From a virus (lineage: Duplodnaviria; Caudoviricetes), in IMG/VR virus record IMGVR_UViG_3300034374_004534, positions 1 through 60,538 of that record: DNA of 60,538 nt, one strand, 5' to 3'. Position 1 is the first letter of the stretch; every line of letters starts with the position of its first letter. Of the stretch, positions 38,262-46,786 are shown one piece after another. The position numbers and the translations under genes were made by a program. The notes under the pieces were generated by a model. It was given only the letters and a program-made list of their open reading frames with translations. It made no database searches and was not told where the DNA came from.

Positions 38262-40061
38262 TTATTCTACTAGAGCGTTGCACTCAGAGTCGCTTAGTGC
38301 TGAATCAAAGATTTTGATGTTATTGATTCTAGGACCGTTGCTTTTAATCTTAAACGTCTTTAGGTCTACAGCTGAACTCAGGGCAGTGCCGCTTCTTTTG
38401 GTTGGTGTTCCTGAGTCGTTGTGGAACAAGTCAAAGGATGTTGTACCATCAATCCTAGCCACCCACTTTTTTGTTGAGCTGCTGTAGATAGTGCTTATAG
38501 GATAAGCATTATTTAGCTGATCGTAAATTCTAAATCCATCGACATCTCCATACCATCTACCTTCAATCCCATCTACGTCTGAAGAGTTCTCAGTTTGAAA
38601 GGTGACGGTGTTGACTACTGGGTTGTGAGTTTGATCGAAGTCAAACAAGATGGTGTATGAATTCCCTATATCGAGATCATCAATCGTTTCGCAAACTTCA
38701 GCAGCCCGCGTGTCTGATGCCCCGTAAGTAGGGATGTACGAGGTGGGGTAAGCGTCAACGTTGTTTTCCCCCTTTTCAATCTGCATCCCCCAGATGTAAA
38801 TGCTGTCAGCTGTGTCAGAGTCGTTGGTGAAGTGAAACCCAACTTTTTCAGTGTCCGACAATGTTGTAAAGGTCTGGTCGAGTCGCTCCCACTCTCCGCT
38901 GAAGGTGTGACGAACCTTAGACGCACCTACGTAGTCACCTGTAATTCTCTTGAACTGGTAACTCATTGTCTCTCCAGACGTTCCCTTGACATACGCAGAG
39001 GCACAAAAAGATTGACCCCTGTTACCTGAAGCAATGTCAGCAAAAAACTGCTGCCTGTCGTTAGGAGCTCCCAGCAGGTTTGTAATCTCCACCACCCCTC
39101 CTTTGTATCCTGTTGGACTAACCACGTCTTGATCTAGAGTAGCCGTTGCAGCACCCTGCAATGAGTCAACGCCTTCTGAGTTCAAGCAGATGTTTGTTCT
39201 GCTGGGCTCTACCAAAAGCTGAGCACTACCGCTGGTGTAATCAATGCGTGGGAGGTTATCAAGGACACCTGTTTTTGCTGTGGTCGCTCCAGAATCCAAG
39301 TATTCATTCGCTACAAATCCCCTATCCCACTGAGCATCCTGAACATAGATACCGCCTCTGTTTGTACCGCCCTCATCTCTACTCGCGGCAAAGTTATAGC
39401 TGTTGTCACCATTAGAAATTCCGAATGCGACAGAGGTAACTGTAGCGCTGTTGTTTACAGCAACGGAGCATCTGTACCAGCCGTTGCCTGCAGGAACCAT
39501 CTTTGCCTCAATGACAGCTGTACCCACCGTGCCTACTTCTCCATTTTCAAGGTCGAAGTATGCATCCATAGTCCCAGTGTTGGTTCTAATTACAAGCCAC
39601 TTATATCCAAGAGCCTTGGCGTAAATGCTAAAGGTTTGAACTGCTGCAATGTTTGGTGCGGACGTGTTGAATTGATGGACAGAAGTAGTTGGTGGCGTGT
39701 TTGTGGTGCTCAAGATGAAGCTTGCACCTCCGCTCCCGTCATAGCCCTGCTCTCCGTCAGGCACATTTTGAGGATTGTTGTTTGGGCCGTAATACGCCGC
39801 CAAGCCCTGATGACCCCAGTCAAAAATGTTGTTCCTAAAGTCATTGCTGTGAGTGAACTGATTCTCTCTGAACTTCTCGACCAAACCGTCTTTGTTCACT
39901 CTCGTAGCAGCGATGTCTGCTGTGCGAGTAAACTTTAAATCACGTGGTATGTACTTACCAGAAGTATCTCCCACGGCAAAGCCAAGCAAGTTCCTGTTGT
40001 CAGTGCCGTCGTTCTTTGCCGCCCAGTTACCTCCACCGAGCTCTAGTCGTGCTTTACTCAT
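38262..40061 (-). CDS. Spike/fibre protein, paralog 2
   Basis: FTR..ATRV.KDG..EK.REN, WYRCS, PRIDY, LLVEP.RTN, TSYIPT.G...TR. Confidence 0.75.
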   Translation of the reverse strand: MSKARLELGGGNWAAKNDGTDNRNLLGFAVGDTSGKYIPRDLKFTRTADIAATRVNKDGLVEKFRENQFTHSNDFRNNIFDWGHQGLAAYYGPNNNPQNVPDGEQGYDGSGGASFILSTTNTPPTTSVHQFNTSAPNIAAVQTFSIYAKALGYKWLVIRTNTGTMDAYFDLENGEVGTVGTAVIEAKMVPAGNGWYRCSVAVNNSATVTSVAFGISNGDNSYNFAASRDEGGTNRGGIYVQDAQWDRGFVANEYLDSGATTAKTGVLDNLPRIDYTSGSAQLLVEPSRTNICLNSEGVDSLQGAATATLDQDVVSPTGYKGGVVEITNLLGAPNDRQQFFADIASGNRGQSFCASAYVKGTSGETMSYQFKRITGDYVGASKVRHTFSGEWERLDQTFTTLSDTEKVGFHFTNDSDTADSIYIWGMQIEKGENNVDAYPTSYIPTYGASDTRAAEVCETIDDLDIGNSYTILFDFDQTHNPVVNTVTFQTENSSDVDGIEGRWYGDVDGFRIYDQLNNAYPISTIYSSSTKKWVARIDGTTSFDLFHNDSGTPTKRSGTALSSAVDLKTFKIKSNGPRINNIKIFDSALSDSECNALVE

Positions 40062-42225
40062 ATTCCGTGTAGCTTAATTCTGATGCCATCTGTCCAAAGG
40101 TACTGTAGCTTGTTCCAGTGATAATCTCTGAGTCGTTGGTAGACAGGGCAGAGTCGAACAAGATGGCTTGCTTTACTGCGTGCCCGCTTTGGTCGGTCGC
40201 TGGAGTTCTGTACAGAGATATCTTATCGTAGATATCTGTGGCGGTGATGGGCTTGGTGTCTGTAAGGCTTCCATTAACAAACACATCCATGGTCGTGCCA
40301 TCTATCCTAGCCAAAACCTTAAAGGACTCGTTGATGTTGATTGTACCGCCCGTAGCGTTCACTGATGTTCCACCTTCTTTATGCTGAACAACCAAGGGGA
40401 ATGTAGTGGCGCCAGCTGCACTTCCGTGAATGAGAAGCCTGTTGTTCGTGTCAGTACCGATTCTCAGCCTAAACATGCTGATTTGCCCAGCATCTGGTGC
40501 TACGTGCTTTCCTTCAAAGAACACAGAGCAAGAGGTACCCATCGTAATTCCGTGAGTAAGCTCGTTAGGGTCGTCGTAAGTCCTTGTGGCACTGGCACCA
40601 TAAGTTGGGATGTAAGAAGTAGCGTAGCTGCCTTCTTCAACCTGAGCGCCCCAGAGCAAAATCTCGCCGCCTAAGTTCCCACTTGCAAAGTAAACAGAGT
40701 AGTTGGTGTCGGTGGAGTCAGTTGTGAAGCTTACTTCGATTCGCTTCCACTCCGTTGTACTTAGCTGAGAAACATAAGATGTAGAGGCAACGACATCAAC
40801 ACTAGAGTCAGTGTTGTACACCCTGTAATGAGCATTTGTTGCATCTACATTCTTGGCGTAAAAGCTAAACACATATTCTGTAGAGGTGTCAAGGGTTAAG
40901 GGTGCTGATCTCAAGATGTTATACTCAGACCCCACGCTTTCAAAACTGGTTGCGTTCAGAACACCTTCAGGGCTCGTGGCTGAATTGTTAGTTCTTGTGC
41001 CAGAAGAGTTTAGTTGCCAGTAGGTCTGGTTTGTGAAATACTCGCTATGGGGCAATTTGTTAACTCTCGTAGGCTCTATCAACAAGGCTGGGCATTCACC
41101 GCCTGTGTAGTCGAATCGAGGCTCGTCTTCGAGCAAACCAGCTTTGCCTGTGGTGGAGCCTGAGTCGATGTAGTCAGTAGCGACCAGCCCCACTTCTGCC
41201 TGAGCATCTTGGATAAGCAAAGTACCATCAGTAGAGTTCGATGCCCCACCAGTGGTGACATAGAAGTAAAACTTCGTCAGGGTCTTGTCAAACGTCATTG
41301 AACATCTGTACCATCCATCGTTACCAACCTTAGTGATGGTTTGTGTAATAGAATTGTCTGGTGTTCCAAGGACAGAGCCTTCTCCTGTAAGTGCAAAGAA
41401 TACACTAACGTGATTACTTCCTCCGCTTTCATTGCCGTAAAGCCTAATGCCGCTACCAGAAACACTTTTCGCGTATACACTGACAGTCTTAACCCCCGTC
41501 GTCGTAAGGGATTGATTAACGTTCCCGCTCTCTCCAGAGACAGTCAGTTGCCAAGCGTCAGATGTTCCGTCATATCCAGCTAATCCGCTTGTAAGCGTCG
41601 TACCGCTACCTTGAGTCCCCCAGACAGCATTGTTGAAGGTGTTTGAGTGAAGAGCTAAGTTTTCTCTCCCCTTCTCAATGTACCCGTCCTTACCAACGCG
41701 AGTGGCAGTGAGGTTGGTGCCTCTCTCAAAGGTGAAATCGGCAGCCACTCCCTCTACTTCCTTTACAGAGACGTTGTCAACCGAAGCGTCTACAGCACTA
41801 TCAGTGGAGTAGCGAGCGATGGTAAGTGTGGTTCCTTCAGCCGTGTAAAAGAACTCATAAGAACCAGATGTTGTGACCAGCCCTATGTTTGAATCAGTAC
41901 CCCCGTCTTGAATCTTAATCGCGAAGGCTGCAGCATTGCTATTTACAGTAACGTCGAGCGCCACCCTATAGTGCTTACCCACGGTAAACACATTGGTTTG
42001 ATTGAGGTTAGACCAAACGCCAGCCGTGCTGATGATATTACCCTTGCCACCAGATATAGTGGACTCACCCACTTTGGTCCAGTCGCTGTCAGTGTCGAAG
42101 GTGCCGTTGGTTATTAGTTCTTCACCGATGATCTTTTGTCTCGGCTTGATATTGTAAGCCTTCCCATCCTTGCCAGCAGCACCGCCAGCAAGAAACATGA
42201 ATTTTGCGTCGTCGTAAAAGCTCAT
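40054..42225 (-). CDS. Spike/fibre protein, paralog 1
   Basis: Same motif series plus an extra ELITNGTFDTDSDW module. Confidence 0.75.
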   Translation of the reverse strand: MSFYDDAKFMFLAGGAAGKDGKAYNIKPRQKIIGEELITNGTFDTDSDWTKVGESTISGGKGNIISTAGVWSNLNQTNVFTVGKHYRVALDVTVNSNAAAFAIKIQDGGTDSNIGLVTTSGSYEFFYTAEGTTLTIARYSTDSAVDASVDNVSVKEVEGVAADFTFERGTNLTATRVGKDGYIEKGRENLALHSNTFNNAVWGTQGSGTTLTSGLAGYDGTSDAWQLTVSGESGNVNQSLTTTGVKTVSVYAKSVSGSGIRLYGNESGGSNHVSVFFALTGEGSVLGTPDNSITQTITKVGNDGWYRCSMTFDKTLTKFYFYVTTGGASNSTDGTLLIQDAQAEVGLVATDYIDSGSTTGKAGLLEDEPRFDYTGGECPALLIEPTRVNKLPHSEYFTNQTYWQLNSSGTRTNNSATSPEGVLNATSFESVGSEYNILRSAPLTLDTSTEYVFSFYAKNVDATNAHYRVYNTDSSVDVVASTSYVSQLSTTEWKRIEVSFTTDSTDTNYSVYFASGNLGGEILLWGAQVEEGSYATSYIPTYGASATRTYDDPNELTHGITMGTSCSVFFEGKHVAPDAGQISMFRLRIGTDTNNRLLIHGSAAGATTFPLVVQHKEGGTSVNATGGTININESFKVLARIDGTTMDVFVNGSLTDTKPITATDIYDKISLYRTPATDQSGHAVKQAILFDSALSTNDSEIITGTSYSTFGQMASELSYTEYE

Positions 42226-42356
42226 CCGCTGCAGCTTTCGCAGTCCTCAGGGTTGTCGAGGTTGCAGGTGATCTCTCCAGATTCAATCTTCTGTTCTTGC
42301 TTCTTCAGCTTGTCTTGATCCAAGAAGCTGATGTCGTCAAAGTCTTCTTCTTTCAT
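42222..42356 (-). CDS. 44-aa acidic peptide ending TCNLDNPEDCESCSG (not in ORF track)
   Basis: TAATG and ATGA overlaps with flanking genes. Confidence 0.65.
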   Translation of the reverse strand: MKEEDFDDISFLDQDKLKKQEQKIESGEITCNLDNPEDCESCSG

Positions 42357-42835
42357 TAGAGTCCTTTTCCAAAGATGGGTTCATAATAGACCTTACCCTT
42401 TTCGTCTCGGCAAGCCTTGAGGCACCTTCCACGATTAATACCATCGCGGACATAGCTAACGTGCACCCAATCAGGATTATCTGAATCACCAAACTCCCAA
42501 ATGAGTTGATCAAACGTAAGGTTGTTGAGTATATAGCGGAAGATCTCACCGTTTGTACAGCGTCCAAATACGTCTGCGTCGAGATCGAGAGCTCTTCCCT
42601 GAATGTGCTGACTGCGAACTGAGCCACCGATCGCACGATTGAGCTCCTCTGAGCGATAGCCGCTCGACACGTATATAGGGCACCCGAAAGCGCTCCTAAC
42701 AGGCTGAAATACTTCTCCTGCAACAGCTCGTAGGTTTTCGATCGTCCAGTCATCAGGTGTGTTATCAATGCCGAGGCGTTTCGCCGTGTTGCTTTTGGTC
42801 ACTTCTGCGAGTGACAGATTTTTTGACAGATTCAT
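42356..42835 (-). CDS. Endolysin, peptidase M15A family
   Basis: SSGYRS..LN..IGG...SQH..G.A.D...WVHVSY. Confidence 0.88.
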   Translation of the reverse strand: MNLSKNLSLAEVTKSNTAKRLGIDNTPDDWTIENLRAVAGEVFQPVRSAFGCPIYVSSGYRSEELNRAIGGSVRSQHIQGRALDLDADVFGRCTNGEIFRYILNNLTFDQLIWEFGDSDNPDWVHVSYVRDGINRGRCLKACRDEKGKVYYEPIFGKGL

Positions 42836-42911
42836 TGTTCAGTCGTCTTCTTTCGTTCTCCACATTGGAGTCCTTGCGTTTCTTCTTAGCGTTGAAGTAG
42901 AACTTCTTCAC

Positions 42912-43337
42912 TTAGGAAGCTACGAAGATCTCGGCGACGATAGTACCAGTTGATGCTACCGCTTTGATTTCGGAGATGTCAGCCAGACCGATGGCCTGTG
43001 AACCAGTGGCGTTGGCATCCATCTGAGCGTTGTTCAAGACGAAGCTGTCGCCACCACTGAGCTGAACGAAGTATTCCTCACCGCTTCCGAGGACACGGAG
43101 GTTGAGGTTGCCAGATGTTCCTGTATGTGTAATACGCAAGTACTTGACGGTAGACGCGACGAACGTTCCGCTTGCCACGGCGCTACCGAATTTCACCACA
43201 TCTGATTCTGTTGTAGTAACGCTTACGATGCGGTTGTCTACTTGCGTTACGGAAGTAATGTCGTGAACACGAGAACTGCCTCTTTCGACGCCTTCGATCG
43301 TGAGCTCTTCACTGATTGTAACTTTGAGTGTAGCCAT
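42912..43337 (-). CDS. Small beta-rich structural protein
   Basis: ATL.V.I.E.L, YLRIT. Confidence 0.6.
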   Translation of the reverse strand: MATLKVTISEELTIEGVERGSSRVHDITSVTQVDNRIVSVTTTESDVVKFGSAVASGTFVASTVKYLRITHTGTSGNLNLRVLGSGEEYFVQLSGGDSFVLNNAQMDANATGSQAIGLADISEIKAVASTGTIVAEIFVAS

Positions 43338-43341
43338 GGGT

Positions 43342-43349
43342 CAAAGATA
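43342..43349 (-). promoter_or_regulatory. -7 promoter box TATCTTTG
   Basis: TATCTTTG-ACCC-ATG. Confidence 0.65.
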
Positions 43350-43350
43350 A

Positions 43351-43938
43351 TCAATTAAAGAGTATGCGGTTGAGGTACCCCCGAGTCTCTTTAGGGATGT
43401 ACTCAAACCACTCCCTAGGATCACCGTAGATGTCTACACCGTCCTCCTTAGCTTTCTCAAGGGCTGCTTTCACCCTACCCTCACCAGCATTGTACGATGC
43501 GTAGATACGTGCGAGGCGGTTCACCTCGGGTATTTCTTGTGGTGGGTTCTTGATCCAGCTGAGCTTAGACAGGGCGTCGATCTTAGCATCGCGCATCTGC
43601 TTGCTGTGCTCAGGGTTGAAAGGATCCAGTCCTTTTGGAATCAGTCCTCTTTGCTCTAGGTCGGCCTGTGTGGCGGGCATGATCTGAAGCAGTCCTCTTG
43701 CACCTGCAGGGGATACAGCCTCTGGGTTACCCGAACTCTCAGCCATGATTTGCTTCTGAAGCCTCTCAGCTTGAGATGATGTATAGTTGGTGGTGTCCGA
43801 CTGCTCTTGTTCAGCCATACGTGCCAACCGAGCATCTAGCCTTGCGTATCCAGTGCTCTCTTTCTTTGGGTCACCCTTCTTGGGATCACCCAACTCACCA
43901 CCGAACTGATAGTACCGCTTCTTCTTTAACGACCTCAT
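43351..43938 (-). CDS. Lytic transglycosylase (SLT family)
   Basis: ESSGNP.AVS.AGA.GL.QIMP.T, YNAG.G, ETR.Y. Confidence 0.88.
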   Translation of the reverse strand: MRSLKKKRYYQFGGELGDPKKGDPKKESTGYARLDARLARMAEQEQSDTTNYTSSQAERLQKQIMAESSGNPEAVSPAGARGLLQIMPATQADLEQRGLIPKGLDPFNPEHSKQMRDAKIDALSKLSWIKNPPQEIPEVNRLARIYASYNAGEGRVKAALEKAKEDGVDIYGDPREWFEYIPKETRGYLNRILFN

Positions 43939-44396
43939 AGACGACCTCTAAGCCCCTGATCTCTTTGTGACTTCTTGGCGATCAGCTCACCGATGGCAGC
44001 CAGACCAGCCATAGAGGCAACACCTCTTTTGATCTGACCCCTCTCCTTCAATCCCTCATATTCCTCCAACCGCTTCTTGAGTTCCTCGACATCATCGGAT
44101 CTACCAGCCACCATGGCGTTGTCCTTCTCGGCTTTTCTTTGGAATCGGTAGTTTCTCCGTGCTCTCTGGTTTTCGCTGAGTGTACCACCGTCTTCTTTCA
44201 AGAAGCTAGGCATGGCCTCCATGTGAGCTTTGTACTCGCGAATCAAGGCCCCAACCTCAGGTGTGCCCTTGGCAGTTTCAATGGCTTTCTCCAACTCGTC
44301 TTTCTTGGTGTTGAAGTCCGCTCTCACTCGATTTCTCTGGGCAAGGCTTGAGTCTGGTACTGACCCTCCACCTGAGTATTTTCTAACTGGTTTCAT
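43935..44396 (-). CDS. Hypothetical protein with N-terminal KYSGGG
   Basis: 153 aa, helical, ATGA overlap. Confidence 0.6.
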   Translation of the reverse strand: MKPVRKYSGGGSVPDSSLAQRNRVRADFNTKKDELEKAIETAKGTPEVGALIREYKAHMEAMPSFLKEDGGTLSENQRARRNYRFQRKAEKDNAMVAGRSDDVEELKKRLEEYEGLKERGQIKRGVASMAGLAAIGELIAKKSQRDQGLRGRL

Positions 44397-44403
44397 ATGG
44401 TTG

Positions 44404-45012
44404 TTATTTGACGTTGACCTTTACAGGCATTGGGTTTCTTGATTCATTGATGATGGGGGCATAAGCATCCCTGAGCATCTTGTATGCAGATTGATCTACA
44501 GGAACTCCTCGCCTCTTCAGATCGAAGTTGAGCTTCACAGGATTGTACTTGTACTTCTCGATGTACTCCTCTCTGTCGAGACCTAAGATCTTTGCGTTGC
44601 GATCAATGCTCTGATCACTTCTGTTGAAGTCGTAGTTGTCACTCACGGTGTACCCAGACTCATCATCACCCTCAAAGCTGAATCTACCCAAGGCGGTCAT
44701 TATTCTCCCCTCGGGGGACATCTTGTCTATCTCACTCGGATCCGATCCAGAAGGGTAGTCGTGATAGGTGACGTAGTTCCTCCCATCCTCAGAAGCCCTC
44801 TCAATCAAAGACTTCATCATCTCCTTATCCTCCTCTGTGAAGTCCCGATCACTCAAAGACTCCTGACCCAAAGCAAACTTCAAGAAAGCATTCGCATTGG
44901 AAGGTAAGATCGGACCCATAGCATCAAGATCCTCCTGACTAGAAAAAGGCCCGCTAAGCAGAGCAGCAAGAATCTTCTTGTAGTTGATTGGGGGCTCCTT
45001 GCTTACTCTCAT
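44404..45012 (-). CDS. Hypothetical protein, first gene of the late arm
   Basis: 202 aa; LG.F.......GY.V.D.YDFN. Confidence 0.65.
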   Translation of the reverse strand: MRVSKEPPINYKKILAALLSGPFSSQEDLDAMGPILPSNANAFLKFALGQESLSDRDFTEEDKEMMKSLIERASEDGRNYVTYHDYPSGSDPSEIDKMSPEGRIMTALGRFSFEGDDESGYTVSDNYDFNRSDQSIDRNAKILGLDREEYIEKYKYNPVKLNFDLKRRGVPVDQSAYKMLRDAYAPIINESRNPMPVKVNVK

Positions 45013-45016
45013 GAAA

Positions 45017-45024
45017 CAAAGATA
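45017..45024 (-). promoter_or_regulatory. -7 promoter box TATCTTTG
   Basis: TATCTTTG-TTTC-ATG. Confidence 0.65.
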
Positions 45025-45197
45025 ATAAGAGACCGATTACCCCAAACCGTACACATACATGGTGAGAGGCTTCCCTTAGTCAGGCACCTACCTAAAGGAT
45101 ATAGGTACCCTCGCGCCATAAACATTAACCGATTCTATCGTGCATACACAAAAAACAGTCTGGAAGCTTAAGCACTTTCTCAATCAGCTTGATAGTG

Positions 45198-45228
45198 TAA
45201 AGGTATAAACAAAAATCTGAAAAGTCAA
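45198..45228 (-). promoter_or_regulatory. Bipartite promoter TTGAC-N18-TACCTTTA
   Basis: Same 18-nt spacing as 54311-54341 and 58806-58836. Confidence 0.5.
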
Positions 45229-45639
45229 CCATAAACAATCAGTTTAAGTAAAGCCTCTAAGTTGCTGTATACGAACCGCTTAAATGCTTTTAGGTGAATA
45301 TGCTCGATCATGTCAAGGTCCCAGATCACCGAAAAAAAGGATCAGAAATGCTTAGAGTGGGGATTATATGTATCTATACACGCTACGCATTTGAATCAGA
45401 AACGCACTGAGTGATGGCCCCCCTATAGTCCCCCCACAGAATCCGCCATACATTTCAGCTTTCTTAGTATCTAGATACTAACAGCATTAACTCCAACAGC
45501 ATCCTTCATCTCTCCCCCGTTGAGACCAATGCATTATGCAACGAGTCTTAGCAGGAGGGAGAACAATCAACCCCCTAGATTCCAAGCCATTACGAATTCA
45601 CCCTAAGAGGGTGGACACATCCAACCCCAAACAGAACCA

Positions 45640-45674
45640 CTAATACAAATAGAATCTTATTCTATTAGTATTAG
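45640..45674. repeat. AT-rich inverted repeat
   Basis: CTAATAC-A-AATAGAAT-ctt-ATTCTATT-A-GTATTAG. Confidence 0.8.
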
Positions 45675-45817
45675 AATACTCAACAGAAACTTGCAAATCG
45701 GTCTTGGCGGAGCGGCGTACCTAGGCCGTACTGATGCGAGTCAACTGGTTGACTTTCACGTTGGTACCGAGGCCAGTTCAACCTCTACTACAAGGTAGTA
45801 GGCTGGGGGCCGAAAAC

Positions 45818-45878
45818 TTATATAGCGTTATAAGAAAGAACGAAGTCAGAATGACTTCTTTCTTATAACTCTATATAA
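45818..45878 (+). repeat. Long bulged hairpin before first early gene
   Basis: TTATATAGcGTTATAAGAAA(gaac)GAAGTCA-gaa-TGACTTCTTTCTTATAACtCTATATAA. Confidence 0.85.
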
Positions 45879-45888
45879 TATCCAAATC

Positions 45889-46356
45889 ATGGACAACTTC
45901 AATTTCAACCCCTGTCTCAAGGCCGTCAACAAGGTTCAGTTCCGTCCCACGGAGTACAGAAAAGCCCAAGCCCTTGAATTGCTTTGGGAAGCAATCGAGT
46001 ATGTGGAGAGCCTCGAATCTCCAACCCCGAAGTCCAAGGAAGACACGCCTAAGCCTCAAAGAAAGGCTTCACCTAAGCGTTCCAAGGTGAAGGTGAAGAA
46101 AGCCACCCCATCCCAGAGGGTTGCTGACCGACAGGAACGTCAATTCCACGGCAAGGCTGACTCACCTGTGAAGCCTCAAAAGAAGGCTCGCAAGGCTTCG
46201 GTGGCTAAGGCTCGGAAGTCGGCTCTTCAGGTAAGCGAAGCAACGGGGGCTGCGGCCCGAGCAAAGGCGAAGCAATTGGCCTCTGCAAAGGCTGAAGCCA
46301 AGGAATTGCAGAAGCAGTTGGAGGCAACCATGGAGAAGCTTGCTTCTCTCCTCTGA
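45889..46356 (+). CDS. Lys/Ala-rich early protein
   Basis: 155 aa, basic low-complexity middle, C-terminal coil. Confidence 0.7.
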   Translation: MDNFNFNPCLKAVNKVQFRPTEYRKAQALELLWEAIEYVESLESPTPKSKEDTPKPQRKASPKRSKVKVKKATPSQRVADRQERQFHGKADSPVKPQKKARKASVAKARKSALQVSEATGAAARAKAKQLASAKAEAKELQKQLEATMEKLASLL

Positions 46357-46373
46357 ACTCAAACGACCTTATT

Positions 46374-46429
46374 ACTCACTCTTAGTACACACTCTCTTCA
46401 GTTATGAAGAGTGTGTACTTAGAGAGAGT
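46374..46429 (+). repeat. Repeated intergenic hairpin, copy 1
   Basis: CTCTTAGTACACACTCTCTTCA-gtta-TGAAGAGTGTGTACTTAGAGA. Confidence 0.9.
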
Positions 46430-46450
46430 TAAACCTTAAATCCCAAATCA

Positions 46451-46606
46451 ATGAATTTCAAGCATTCCCTCATCATGCGGTTAATCGATGAAATCGAAGG
46501 CATACTCGAAGCCAATGGATTCAACTCAGGCCTACCTGAAAATGAAGACCTATACGAGATTCAAATGGACTTGATTGCTCAGTCCGTCCTAATGGAAATC
46601 CGCTAA
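46451..46606 (+). CDS. 51-aa early protein MNFKHSL...
   Basis: CAAATCA leader; fills gap. Confidence 0.55.
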   Translation: MNFKHSLIMRLIDEIEGILEANGFNSGLPENEDLYEIQMDLIAQSVLMEIR

Positions 46607-46615
46607 CCCCAAATC

Positions 46616-46786
46616 ATGAATCGGTACAAGTACTCCGACGTGCTCGGAATCCAAACTCACCTATACGCTCCAGAATTGAACGTGTTGGTGTTCAAGAACT
46701 TCGATGAGTTCCCATGTCCTCAAATCGTGGAGCCAAGAAAGGCATACGATTACTACGTAAAGAAATCTCAAACCCGTCACAAATGA
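46616..46786 (+). CDS. 56-aa early protein MNRYKYS...
   Basis: CAAATC leader; ATGA overlap with next gene. Confidence 0.55.
   Translation: MNRYKYSDVLGIQTHLYAPELNVLVFKNFDEFPCPQIVEPRKAYDYYVKKSQTRHK

Noticed and set aside
38262-42225. Diversity-generating retroelement or invertible fibre cassette
   Set aside because: No reverse transcriptase, recombinase or near-identical template repeat seen
42765-42911. GTG-start 48-aa basic ORF (also a 47-aa ORF at 35552-35695)
   Set aside because: Plausible gap fillers but they overlap neighbours substantially and have no motif support
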